Shown here: in pieces, positions 9,150 to 17,733 of the stretch
How positions within the stretch are numbered: the stretch's first letter is position 1
Layout: each line of letters opens with the position of its first letter
Virus record (IMG/VR): IMGVR_UViG_3300037782_000060
Location: 1-39,593 of that record
DNA length: 39,593 bases
Reading direction: 5' to 3' (one strand)
From: a virus
Taxonomy: Duplodnaviria; Caudoviricetes
The notes under the pieces: model-generated
What the model was told of the DNA's origin: nothing
Databases searched by the model: none
What the model saw: only the letters and a program-made list of their open reading frames with translations
Made by a program: the position numbers and the translations under genes

Positions 9150-9665
9150 TTAGATTTCCTCTGCGATCAGCGACCAGCCGTAATCTGCTGTCCTGGCCCC
9201 CCGTGTTTCTTCCGGCCCGTCTGAGTAACACTCAATCTCTGGCCAGTAATAGGCTTGATACGCCGTTGCGCCTGCTACTGTGGTCAGGGTCGCTGTGTTG
9301 CCGCTCATGGAAACTGGGGTGTCAACCAGTTGCGTACCGACAAGCGCTCGACCGACAACGCCATAATCGCTTCGGCGGTTCGGGTGTACCTCAATGACAT
9401 TGCTGCTACTGGTGACCGCCCGTTCAGCAATGCACTTGATTGTCACCGGCACTGACCAGTCAATCAGCTGCAGGCCGGAAGGTATCAACCCATCACCCTG
9501 TATTTCAGTCAGCAACTTACCGCGCCAGGCGCTTTGCTGAGTCAGGCCGCCATCCATCATCCGCACGCGGCTCACCGCCTGAATCGGGGTGTAATTTTGA
9601 GCGAGCTGGTGAGATGCGCGAATCGGAATCTCAATGCCGCCGATAACCAGTACCCGTGAGCTCAT
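9150..9665 (-). CDS. Putative distal tail protein
   Basis: Directly after the tape measure gene with ATGA overlap; 171 aa. Confidence 0.6.
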   Translation of the reverse strand: MSSRVLVIGGIEIPIRASHQLAQNYTPIQAVSRVRMMDGGLTQQSAWRGKLLTEIQGDGLIPSGLQLIDWSVPVTIKCIAERAVTSSSNVIEVHPNRRSDYGVVGRALVGTQLVDTPVSMSGNTATLTTVAGATAYQAYYWPEIECYSDGPEETRGARTADYGWSLIAEEI

Positions 9666-11404
9666 CGCTTACCTCTTTTCGTTGCTTCTCGGGAAAACTG
9701 GCGTTGCCAAGAATCGACATCATCCTGATTGCCATAAACCTGCATGGTCTCGCCGCCCGGCAGGTTAAGATTAACCGGCCGCATTTGGTTGCCATTAGAG
9801 ACCTGCTGCGCAGCAGTTGGGATCCGTGACTGGTCAATTATCAACTTCTGAACCAGCGGGTTTTCATCCAGCAGTTTCTGCATGGCCTGGTTGCCTTGCT
9901 GCAGCTGCTGAATCACGCCATCTGTATCGACCAGCACCTTTGCCTCAACATCTGCTAGGCTTTTTTGTGAAATCTGATCGCCCACGGCTTTGAGCTTTTC
10001 TGCCATGCCCTGCAAAACGATTCCTGATTCCGAGCCGGCATCTTTCATCTTGTCCAGCACATCGAATGCGCGGTTGATGGATTTGGTCGCGCCGTCAATA
10101 TCGCCTTTTTCCAAGGCTTTTTCGGCATTCAGCTCAAGAATGGAAACATCCAGCACGCTGGTCTGGCTGCTGGCCTCTGGTGTGGTTACATTATCGAAAC
10201 GATCCTGGAATTTTTTGGAGAGGCTATCTGACTTTTTGGCAGCTTTCTCAAGCTCACTCTCCATCGTTGAGAGCTTATCTGTTGTCGCTTTTATGCTGGC
10301 CTCAATGATATCTTGTGCTGCTTTAATAGGTGCCGCCAGTTGGCTACCTGTCGAACCTGCGCCGCCTTCAATCTTGTCTGCAGTGTCATCCCAGATATTT
10401 TGAAGCTCCTCGATCCCTTCAGACACACCGTTAATGGCATCGAGGTTGCTCTCTTTCCATACCCTGCCGGCGCCTTTAAAGTCCCCCTCAAAAACCAAAG
10501 AAGCCTGTGCCGCAATAGCGCCAAGCTTTTTACCGACCACCTCAAGCGCGGTCGATAGGACAGTCCACACCGTGGTAGCGACTTTCATCGCGGCATTAAC
10601 GCTTTGCATCATTTTCTCTACGTTGCCGCTTTCCTTTGACCAGGCGACCATGCGCTTAGTTATTTCTACAAGTTTTGGGAGAGCCTTTTCCATCACCCGG
10701 AGATACACACCCTCCATGGCTGTACGCAACCGAGTGAGGTTATCGTTTGTGGCTTCTGCCGCTTTGGTTAGGCGTCCGCTCATTGTTATTCCTAACTCAT
10801 CAGCCTCCTTTCTCATAGCCTCAAGGCCATCTCGACCATTATTTAAAAATGGAATCATTTTGGCCCCGGCGCGACCGAACAACACCTGTGCTAATGCTGC
10901 TTTCTGCGCGCCGTTTTCCATCTGTGCGAAGCGATCAGCAACATCAAGCATGACTTCTTCGGTATCACGTAACTTTCCATCGCTACCAGCTACAGAGACC
11001 CCTAAGGCATCGAACGCATCAGACTGTGTTCGCAGGCCCTGTTCAGCGTCATACATAGAGCGCTGCAGCCGGGTGACACCCTTGGTGATTTCTTCAAAGT
11101 TGCTGCCGGTCAACTCCGCCTGATAGCGCAGCCTGCTCAGCGTTTCCGTGCTTAAACCGGTTGACTGGCTGAGCTTGCCGATACGATCGGCCAGATCCAA
11201 AGTTTTCTTACTAAGTAGCGCCAGGGACCCGGCAATTGCCGTTATGCCAACCACACCGGCTTTTGCCATATTTTTTAATGCCGATCTGGTTTTACTCGTC
11301 TGACGCTCAAACTGACTTAATTTTTTGTTAGCGGTATCCAGGTCTTTTCTCAGCCGTGCTGAATCAGACTCCAGCTTTACCACCAGTTTTGCCAGGTCAG
11401 CCAT
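9662..11404 (-). CDS. Tail tape measure protein
   Basis: Ala/Lys/Glu-rich helical ORF of about 580 aa starting MADLAKLVVKL, LFGRAG motif; follows the tail chaperones. Confidence 0.9.
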   Translation of the reverse strand: MADLAKLVVKLESDSARLRKDLDTANKKLSQFERQTSKTRSALKNMAKAGVVGITAIAGSLALLSKKTLDLADRIGKLSQSTGLSTETLSRLRYQAELTGSNFEEITKGVTRLQRSMYDAEQGLRTQSDAFDALGVSVAGSDGKLRDTEEVMLDVADRFAQMENGAQKAALAQVLFGRAGAKMIPFLNNGRDGLEAMRKEADELGITMSGRLTKAAEATNDNLTRLRTAMEGVYLRVMEKALPKLVEITKRMVAWSKESGNVEKMMQSVNAAMKVATTVWTVLSTALEVVGKKLGAIAAQASLVFEGDFKGAGRVWKESNLDAINGVSEGIEELQNIWDDTADKIEGGAGSTGSQLAAPIKAAQDIIEASIKATTDKLSTMESELEKAAKKSDSLSKKFQDRFDNVTTPEASSQTSVLDVSILELNAEKALEKGDIDGATKSINRAFDVLDKMKDAGSESGIVLQGMAEKLKAVGDQISQKSLADVEAKVLVDTDGVIQQLQQGNQAMQKLLDENPLVQKLIIDQSRIPTAAQQVSNGNQMRPVNLNLPGGETMQVYGNQDDVDSWQRQFSREATKRGKR

Positions 11405-11729
11405 TGTTTTTCTCCACTGCGTTGGCATTTAAAAATGCCACTAGCTCATCAAAGCCCTTGTTAGGCCTGTCATCACCGGTTTTGAGCATGAAGTTATCCG
11501 GTGTGACCGGGGTTTGCTGCTTACCACGATGCACATTGGCCACCGTGGCAGCGATAATCGCTGCATGCAGGTTGTCACGCTCCGGGCCGAATGGATAAAG
11601 CTGGTAAAACGCCAGCCAGTGGCTATACTCTGAACTGGACATGCTGGCTTCCAGTTCGCTCACTGTCCGCCCCATAGCCAGCGCCAAGCGATGCTTAAAC
11701 GCCAGTTCGGGACGGCTTAAGAGTTTTTT
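11397..11729 (-). CDS. Tail assembly chaperone, frameshifted T part (gpGT-like, DUF4035-like)
   Basis: Open -1 frame from the slippery site: LLSRPELAFKHRLALAMGRTVSELE..W..FY..PFG. Confidence 0.8.
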   Translation of the reverse strand, partial: KKLLSRPELAFKHRLALAMGRTVSELEASMSSSEYSHWLAFYQLYPFGPERDNLHAAIIAATVANVHRGKQQTPVTPDNFMLKTGDDRPNKGFDELVAFLNANAVEKNNG

Positions 11730-12022
11730 TCGGCGCTCTCATCGCCCAGCCCGGACAAATCAAGAATGTGATCAGCAAGCTCTGTGAGCACATCGCTATT
11801 CAGCGACCTGACCGCCTCGAGATCGGCCTTGTCGTTCTCATCGAAAAAGTCACACCCCATACACACAACCAGGTATTGCGCCTCAGCCGGAGACTTTCTG
11901 ATCACCGGTGTTAAGCGCTCACGCTGCGCCAGGTTTAACTCATTGATGACCAGTTCATCATCACCGATTTTGACTGTTTTTGACTTAAGCCCGTGGGCTT
12001 TCAAAAATTGACTTTTATCCAT
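11717..12022 (-). CDS. Tail assembly chaperone (gpG-like)
   Basis: Between the major tail and tape measure genes; ends GAA AAA AAC TCT TAA. Confidence 0.82.
   Translation of the reverse strand: MDKSQFLKAHGLKSKTVKIGDDELVINELNLAQRERLTPVIRKSPAEAQYLVVCMGCDFFDENDKADLEAVRSLNSDVLTELADHILDLSGLGDESAEKNS
11723..11729 (-). other. Programmed -1 frameshift heptamer A AAA AAC
   Basis: X XXY YYZ in the correct phase; the -1 frame joins the downstream ORF without a stop. Confidence 0.85.
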
Positions 12023-12027
12023 AACGA

Positions 12028-12471
12028 TTAAGGCTGTGCTGTGACGGTACGAGTGATGTCACCGCTGATTTTCAGGGTAAACGCCACGTTGTTTTTATCT
12101 TCCCAGCTGGGTGCAAAATCCCACTCCAGCGGAACGACAGCAAAGGCAAATTTGATAATGTCATTAACGCCATTATCAACCTCAACCTCAAAGTTCACGT
12201 TGGTGCGATTATCGACAGCTGCCAGCAGCTGCTTCTGCTCTGTGTTATCAGGCAAAAAGCTCTGATTCATGGTGATTTCTTTGCCATCAGCCAGACCCGC
12301 GATATATTCACGCGCACCTGTTGAATCAAAAGACGAATCTTCTACCAGCGGATTGGTTTTGCCGAGACCGGCAAAGGAGTTCACCTTTTTAAGGGCCACG
12401 AAGTTTTCTGTTGGATCACCGCCATCACCCAAGCTGATAGTCACTGCACCGATAAAGGATTGATCTGCCAT
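12028..12471 (-). CDS. Major tail tube protein
   Basis: REYIAGLADG and FTLKISG motifs of siphovirus tube proteins; gene order. Confidence 0.85.
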   Translation of the reverse strand: MADQSFIGAVTISLGDGGDPTENFVALKKVNSFAGLGKTNPLVEDSSFDSTGAREYIAGLADGKEITMNQSFLPDNTEQKQLLAAVDNRTNVNFEVEVDNGVNDIIKFAFAVVPLEWDFAPSWEDKNNVAFTLKISGDITRTVTAQP

Positions 12472-12490
12472 TTGTCTTTCCTCCAGACAT

Positions 12491-12513
12491 AAAAAAACCG
12501 CCGGCGTGGCGGT
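12491..12513 (-). terminator. Intrinsic terminator upstream of the major tail gene
   Basis: ACCGCC-acgcc-GGCGGT followed by a T run on the minus strand. Confidence 0.65.
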
Positions 12514-12540
12514 GATTGTTATCGTTAATTGCTTTTCAGG

Positions 12541-12948
12541 TTATTCGTAAACGGCGGTTTCAAACGTGTCCGCCCACCACACCATGCGTTTGCTTGTGGT
12601 GATAACTCTGCCATTAACCCAGGTCACTGGCTTATTGAAAGCGGTGGGCTGATAACCGGCCAGTGCGGCTCTGACCTCCTGCCTCAAATCTTCCAGGGGT
12701 TCTGAGCCTGCATCGAGATCGATGTTCCGGCAAACAATAATCACCCCAAACCGCTGGTTAATCCTGGCTTCATCACCGAACACTTCATTGCCCGGCGAGT
12801 CTTCATCAGCCGAGTAAACAAACGCCATGGGCAAGCTGTTTTTAACCTCATCATCCGGCAACGCTTCAAGCGACTGGGCTGGCTCAACACGGCTATCGAA
12901 AGAGGGGCATTCGGCTTTTATCCGATTAATAACGGGAATCACCTTCAT
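12541..12948 (-). CDS. Tail terminator/completion protein
   Basis: LPMAFVY, QRFGVII, LRQEVRAALAGYQP, WWADTF; lies before the tube gene. Confidence 0.72.
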   Translation of the reverse strand: MKVIPVINRIKAECPSFDSRVEPAQSLEALPDDEVKNSLPMAFVYSADEDSPGNEVFGDEARINQRFGVIIVCRNIDLDAGSEPLEDLRQEVRAALAGYQPTAFNKPVTWVNGRVITTSKRMVWWADTFETAVYE

Positions 12949-13247
12949 GAAGCACGCTCCAGCTCAACGGTCACCCAGTTCACGTCATCAGCAAGAAACC
13001 CCAGCACCTCAAACTCGTTGCCGGTACGGTCATGGGTAATCACATCACCTCGCCGTATGCTGTTGTCTGCGATTACGGTATGCGTAGTTTGCGCAGTAAG
13101 ACGCTCACCCAACTGAACTTCACCGTAATCCGTGTTGGACACTTCATCAGCAAATGTCGGCACCATCGTAAAAGCGCCGTTATTAAACGCATCGCCAATA
13201 GTCAGACAGGCTTCATCCAGCGCGCTTGTATCAAATGCCATAATCAT
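12945..13247 (-). CDS. Head-tail joining protein (gpFII-like)
   Basis: About 100 aa, beta-rich, between the head decoration and tail terminator genes. Confidence 0.6.
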   Translation of the reverse strand: MIMAFDTSALDEACLTIGDAFNNGAFTMVPTFADEVSNTDYGEVQLGERLTAQTTHTVIADNSIRRGDVITHDRTGNEFEVLGFLADDVNWVTVELERAS

Positions 13248-13309
13248 TCAGCCCATTGAATAAAATTAAGCCCGGACAGGCCGGGCTTAACAGTTGTCAC
13301 CATTCAGCG

Positions 13310-13690
13310 TTAGTTGATGGTGCCGGCGGTACCGGTCAGACGAACCTGACAGGTTGTATCGCCGTTTTCACCATCGGCGGCGGCAACTACCGCACCAGTC
13401 ACATCACCGGTTGCCGGTGTGGCCTGGTTGTCATCAAACTTGCTGGTTGAGACATCCCACATCAGGGACTCACCTTGCTTGAATACGGCCGCTGTGACCT
13501 TGGGCAGCGTGAACACACCGTTATCAATTTGAACAGCGCCTGAAGCACCGTCAGCAATATCGACCAGCGCCACGCCGATAGTGGCATCACCGGCAGAGCC
13601 CATAACGACTGGGTCACCAGAACTGACATCTGAGCCTGTGCCATTGGTCCAGTCCAGCACATCACCGTTTTGTACGAAGTTTTTAGCCAT
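13310..13690 (-). CDS. Capsid cement/decoration protein (DUF2190-like)
   Basis: MAKNFVQNG..VSSGDPVV..GVA..GVFTLPK; GAGGA RBS; follows the capsid gene. Confidence 0.82.
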   Translation of the reverse strand: MAKNFVQNGDVLDWTNGTGSDVSSGDPVVMGSAGDATIGVALVDIADGASGAVQIDNGVFTLPKVTAAVFKQGESLMWDVSTSKFDDNQATPATGDVTGAVVAAADGENGDTTCQVRLTGTAGTIN

Positions 13691-13712
13691 GGAAGTTTCC
13701 TCTTTAATCAAT

Positions 13713-13739
13713 AAAAAAGGCCGCCCAGTGGCGGCCTTG
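13713..13739 (-). terminator. Intrinsic terminator after the capsid gene
   Basis: AAGGCCGCC-act-GGGCGGCCTT-TTTT on the minus strand. Confidence 0.7.
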
Positions 13740-13757
13740 TTTCAGTTCAGGTTAGTG

Positions 13758-15809
13758 TTACTCGCCTGGATTCTTGAATGCGCCTTCCCAGCCAACAGCG
13801 CCGACTGCAAAGTCACTACGTACTTTGTAAGTGGCACCGTCTTGAGTGAAGTTATCTTTAACTTCCAGGTAAGGATCTTCGTTACCGTCGAGGAAGCCGA
13901 CTTCCAGTACTGGTGCATCCATTGGATCTGCAAACATGTACCAGGGAGCAGCAACCCGAGGACTACCAACAACATCATTGAACAAGCCACGATTGGTGTT
14001 CGGTTTTTCCTGGCGCTTCTGAGCTTCATCGTCATAACGCATTTCGTTGATGCGGGTTGCTTCATCCGCATTGCCCACATTACCCACAAACACTGATGGA
14101 ATGATGTCCAGATAGTCGTTACCATCATGGTCTTGCTGAGATGCCATGGCGTTTTTACCGGCAGTGATCAGCGCAGATGTCACTGATGCACCTGAACTTG
14201 CCAGGTTGCCGTGGTCAGCATGGAACAGTGCCTTGCCATCCGACATGGTTGGGTTTGTTGCCAAATAAGCATAAACAGCTGACTCAATAGTACGGCCAGC
14301 CGCATAAGCCATTTGCTGGGTTAGCTCAACCAAGGCGCCCATGTCATCATTGATAATCATTTCACGGCTGATGGTGATCAGATTACCTTTAGTCGCCAAC
14401 TGAATACTTTCTTTCAATGCATCAGACAGTGTTTTGTGTTTGAACTCGTTGTTTTCGGTCTTGCTGTCCAGATTACCGAATGAGCCAACACGATACCGGC
14501 CATGAGGGCGGAAGTCGCTTAAGTTGCCAGTCTTGCAGAAACGGCGCCAGGTAAACTCGCGGCGGCGATAGGCTGTCAGCAAGACTTTATGCATGATGTC
14601 TTCCAACAGGTTAGGAAAATCACTGGTTGAGTGAGTCATGGCCGCGCCAACCACTTCGAGTTTATCCATCCCACGATGGTTAACACCCGAAATATCCAGA
14701 GAAGCACGCGCCATATCCATCATGGTCATGCCACGGAACTCGTTTCCGCTTTCATGTTTAACAACGCCTGTCCGCATTAAAACGGCATTAGTTGCTGCTT
14801 CAACAAATTTTTCACCCTGTGTCGCCTCAACACTGATACGCGGATCACCAGCCAGCGGCTCAGCATTGCTACCCAGATGCTTGAGCAACTTATCCTGCGC
14901 TGCTTGCACTGACATTTGGGGATCATCCAGGGCGGTATCGAGCACCGCTTGCACACCATCACGGCTGGCGAACGGCTCAAAGACTTTACGCACCCGCTCA
15001 CGGCGGTCTTTTTCAGCAGCAAGGACCTGCTCTTTTGATTGGGCAGCAGGTTGCGCTGGTTGTTGGCTTGGCTCCTGCACTGGCTGCGCTGCAGCTTGCA
15101 CAGGTTCTTGAACAGGTTCAGCGGCCGCTTGAGTCGTGGTCGCTGGCTCTTGGTGCTGTTTAGGCATAGTAGTTTCCTCAGGTTTGAGATGATTAGCAGC
15201 GACCCACGCCGCTGGAGGTTGAAACCGATCCAGTTTGATACCGGATGCGGCGATTTCCACAGCTTCTGTCACCTCGGTGGCAAAACCATCCGAAAGTGCT
15301 TCATCCGCTGTGTAAAAGTGGTCTTCACCGTCTTTCAACAGTGAGTCGACGTCTGATTCGTTCATGCCGGAACGGGCGTATGACGACACCATCGCCTCGG
15401 CATATTTATCAAGCATTTCTGCGGCTGTGCGCATATCTTCGGCGTTGCCCCAGATTCCAGAAATGGGTGCATGAATCATTAACAGGGAGTTGGCCGCAGC
15501 CTGGCGCTCATCACCAGCCATGAAAATGAGTGACGCTGCTGACATCGCCACGCCGTCATTAGTAGTAATGATCCGGGCCGGGTGACGTCTCAAGGCATTG
15601 AAAATGGCGGTGGCGTCAGCCACTGAGCCACCTACACTATTGATGCGGACAGTAATCTCGTCAGCATCCATTGAATTCAACTTCTCGATGAATGACTTGG
15701 CGTCGTTACTCTCTTCTGCCCAGAAGTCATAGCCGATATCGCCGTAGATATAGATCGTGGCCTGACCGTCAGCCAGCGCCTGCACTTGAAAGCGGTTTTG
15801 TTTTGGCAT
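13758..15809 (-). CDS. ClpP-like prohead protease / major capsid protein fusion
   Basis: INSVGGSV, AMSAASLI, MIHAP ClpP motifs; Q/P/A-rich linker; HSTSDFP and SREMIINDD capsid motifs; GGAGG RBS before 15809. Confidence 0.92.
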   Translation of the reverse strand: MPKQNRFQVQALADGQATIYIYGDIGYDFWAEESNDAKSFIEKLNSMDADEITVRINSVGGSVADATAIFNALRRHPARIITTNDGVAMSAASLIFMAGDERQAAANSLLMIHAPISGIWGNAEDMRTAAEMLDKYAEAMVSSYARSGMNESDVDSLLKDGEDHFYTADEALSDGFATEVTEAVEIAASGIKLDRFQPPAAWVAANHLKPEETTMPKQHQEPATTTQAAAEPVQEPVQAAAQPVQEPSQQPAQPAAQSKEQVLAAEKDRRERVRKVFEPFASRDGVQAVLDTALDDPQMSVQAAQDKLLKHLGSNAEPLAGDPRISVEATQGEKFVEAATNAVLMRTGVVKHESGNEFRGMTMMDMARASLDISGVNHRGMDKLEVVGAAMTHSTSDFPNLLEDIMHKVLLTAYRRREFTWRRFCKTGNLSDFRPHGRYRVGSFGNLDSKTENNEFKHKTLSDALKESIQLATKGNLITISREMIINDDMGALVELTQQMAYAAGRTIESAVYAYLATNPTMSDGKALFHADHGNLASSGASVTSALITAGKNAMASQQDHDGNDYLDIIPSVFVGNVGNADEATRINEMRYDDEAQKRQEKPNTNRGLFNDVVGSPRVAAPWYMFADPMDAPVLEVGFLDGNEDPYLEVKDNFTQDGATYKVRSDFAVGAVGWEGAFKNPGE

Positions 15810-15822
15810 GGTGCCTCCCAAT

Positions 15823-15855
15823 AAAAAACCCGCCGTGATTGCTCAGGGCGGGTTT
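15823..15855 (-). terminator. Intrinsic terminator between the portal region and the capsid gene
   Basis: AAACCCGCC...GGCGGGTTTTTT on the minus strand. Confidence 0.65.
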
Positions 15856-15879
15856 ATAAATAATTAATCTTGTTTATTG

Positions 15880-16029
15880 TTAGTTTGCTGACTGCGGTAT
15901 GTATCCAACAAAAACGTCTTCACCATCCTTTGAAATATGAATTCCATCATCATCAGTTGTGTAGTAGATGGCTGCGTTATTTTCCTCAAGAAGCTTGAAG
16001 AGCTGCTCCAAAAATTCCTGTTTATTCAT
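15880..16029 (-). CDS. 49-aa hypothetical protein (not in the ORF track)
   Basis: MNKQEFLEQLFKLLEENNAAIYYTTDDDGIHISKDGEDVFVGYIPQSAN; ATG overlaps the portal end; GAGGA upstream. Confidence 0.6.
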   Translation of the reverse strand: MNKQEFLEQLFKLLEENNAAIYYTTDDDGIHISKDGEDVFVGYIPQSAN

Positions 16030-17521
16030 CACCCAAATCCTCAAAAATCAATTCCGGAACGTTTTTATCGTATTTCGGATCAGTGGTGAACACCAATTGC
16101 CGACTGTCAGCCTCCTGCCGCCAGCTTTCAATCTCATCCATGACTTCATCCGGGTTACCGCCGCGCTGTCTGATTGACTGCTGTGTACTACGACGGCCTG
16201 CACGTTCGCCCCGATCCAGTGCTTTCTCTTCTTTCTCCGGGTCAATCCATGGCATGGCCGGGCCACGGCACTCAGCATCAAACAGGGTGTCCCTGTCCAG
16301 ATCTGCTGGCAGCCTGAGCTGACCTGACAGAATCGCCATATTGAGCCAGCGCATATACACCGGATAGGTGTGGCGCATGGCGAAGAACTTGGTCAGGGCC
16401 TTGTAGCTGGTGTAGCCCTCGACAAGCTCCTGCCGCTGGCTGGAGTAGCTGCCTTCATATTTACGGGCAGTGCTGGAGAAGGTGGTGCGGGCTGCACCGG
16501 CGATGGTGCGAACCATGGAGTCACGAAAGCCTTCCAGCAGTGATGATGGCCGGTTGCTATCGACTGTGCCGATGTCTTCACCCGGTTCCAGACGGTCAAA
16601 GATCATGCCCGGTTTTACTTTGAAGCTGCGATCGTTACTGCCAGGAGTAGGTGACTCATAGTCATCTGGCGTGCCTTTGCGGATATAGGCACACATGGCG
16701 GCAGCAATCCTCGCGGCTACGCGCTCTGATTCTTCATAGTCTTTGAGATCTTCAATGCGGCGCAGCATGGGGGCAAAGATTGAAACACCGCGCGCCTGCT
16801 TGAAACGCTTGGTGAGTTTGACGTGTTCAATACGGTCTGCTGGTACGCGCTTGGTATTCAGCGAGAGACCAATGTAATTAATGTCGCCGGGGTGTTCTTT
16901 ATGCAGATGATAGGCAAGCGGTCTGCCCCAGGCATTGCGCTCAACACCCTGGGTGACACGGTTGATGCCGTTTTTGCCATCTTTGCTGAATGGCAGAAGA
17001 TCCGCTTCAATCAGCTCTATTGAATAGGGAACCTTGGTGCCATGGTCCAGATCACCACGGAGGCCTTCGATGTGTTGAACCAGGTATTCACCATCCCGGC
17101 AGACGGTGCGAAATGCCAGGCGCTCAACTTCCGGATCGCTTAGCTCACCGGTGACTTCGGGTTTGCGCTGCCAGTCCCGGCGAAGCTTGGTGATCTGCCT
17201 GGCAAAGTCTTTATTGATTTTACCGTCTTTGTTTTTGGGCGTGGGCTCAAGGCTGATACCGTCCGGCCCAATGACATGATCGACCAGTGTGGCCAGCACA
17301 CTTTCAGCCAGGTCATAGTTTTGCTCCTGGACGCGCGCATACCCGCGAATGCGGCTACCGGCTTTAGCTGTCAGCGCATCACCACTGCGGTTGTCTGGTC
17401 TGTCTTTACGCAGACGTGACGGGTTAGCCGCCTCGTAGGCTGCCATCGCTTTTCTTGTGCGCATGCGATTGAATGCGGCAGAAGGCGAGAACAAGCCGAT
17501 AATGCGATCAACGGGATGCAT
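16022..17521 (-). CDS. Portal protein, lambda family
   Basis: YEAA, RDGE, QGVE...GRP.AY, QARGVS, SYSSQRQEL, WIDPEKE motifs. Confidence 0.95.
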   Translation of the reverse strand: MHPVDRIIGLFSPSAAFNRMRTRKAMAAYEAANPSRLRKDRPDNRSGDALTAKAGSRIRGYARVQEQNYDLAESVLATLVDHVIGPDGISLEPTPKNKDGKINKDFARQITKLRRDWQRKPEVTGELSDPEVERLAFRTVCRDGEYLVQHIEGLRGDLDHGTKVPYSIELIEADLLPFSKDGKNGINRVTQGVERNAWGRPLAYHLHKEHPGDINYIGLSLNTKRVPADRIEHVKLTKRFKQARGVSIFAPMLRRIEDLKDYEESERVAARIAAAMCAYIRKGTPDDYESPTPGSNDRSFKVKPGMIFDRLEPGEDIGTVDSNRPSSLLEGFRDSMVRTIAGAARTTFSSTARKYEGSYSSQRQELVEGYTSYKALTKFFAMRHTYPVYMRWLNMAILSGQLRLPADLDRDTLFDAECRGPAMPWIDPEKEEKALDRGERAGRRSTQQSIRQRGGNPDEVMDEIESWRQEADSRQLVFTTDPKYDKNVPELIFEDLGDE

Positions 17522-17733
17522 CAGGTAAAGTCCGCCACGCTGTAGAGTGATGAGCCACGACCTGATCCGGCCGATTCATTCTGTACTTTCTGATCCCAAT
17601 ACCGATAACCGGCTCGGATTTCCTGCAGGTTTTCGTGAGTCATGGTGCGGCCATTGACGCTGATTGACTTGCCTTTCAGCACGGCTTTTTCGGCCTCAAT
17701 GTAGAGCGCCCTCATTTCAGTTGCTGTACTCAT
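17521..17733 (-). CDS. Head completion protein (gpW-like)
   Basis: YIEAEKAVLKGKS...GRTMT..NL.EIR; between terL and portal. Confidence 0.8.
   Translation of the reverse strand: MSTATEMRALYIEAEKAVLKGKSISVNGRTMTHENLQEIRAGYRYWDQKVQNESAGSGRGSSLYSVADFT

Noticed and set aside
10434-11123. 229-aa plus-strand ORF and similar antisense ORFs across the structural genes
   Set aside because: Shadow frames of well-supported minus-strand genes, with no RBS or recognisable motifs.
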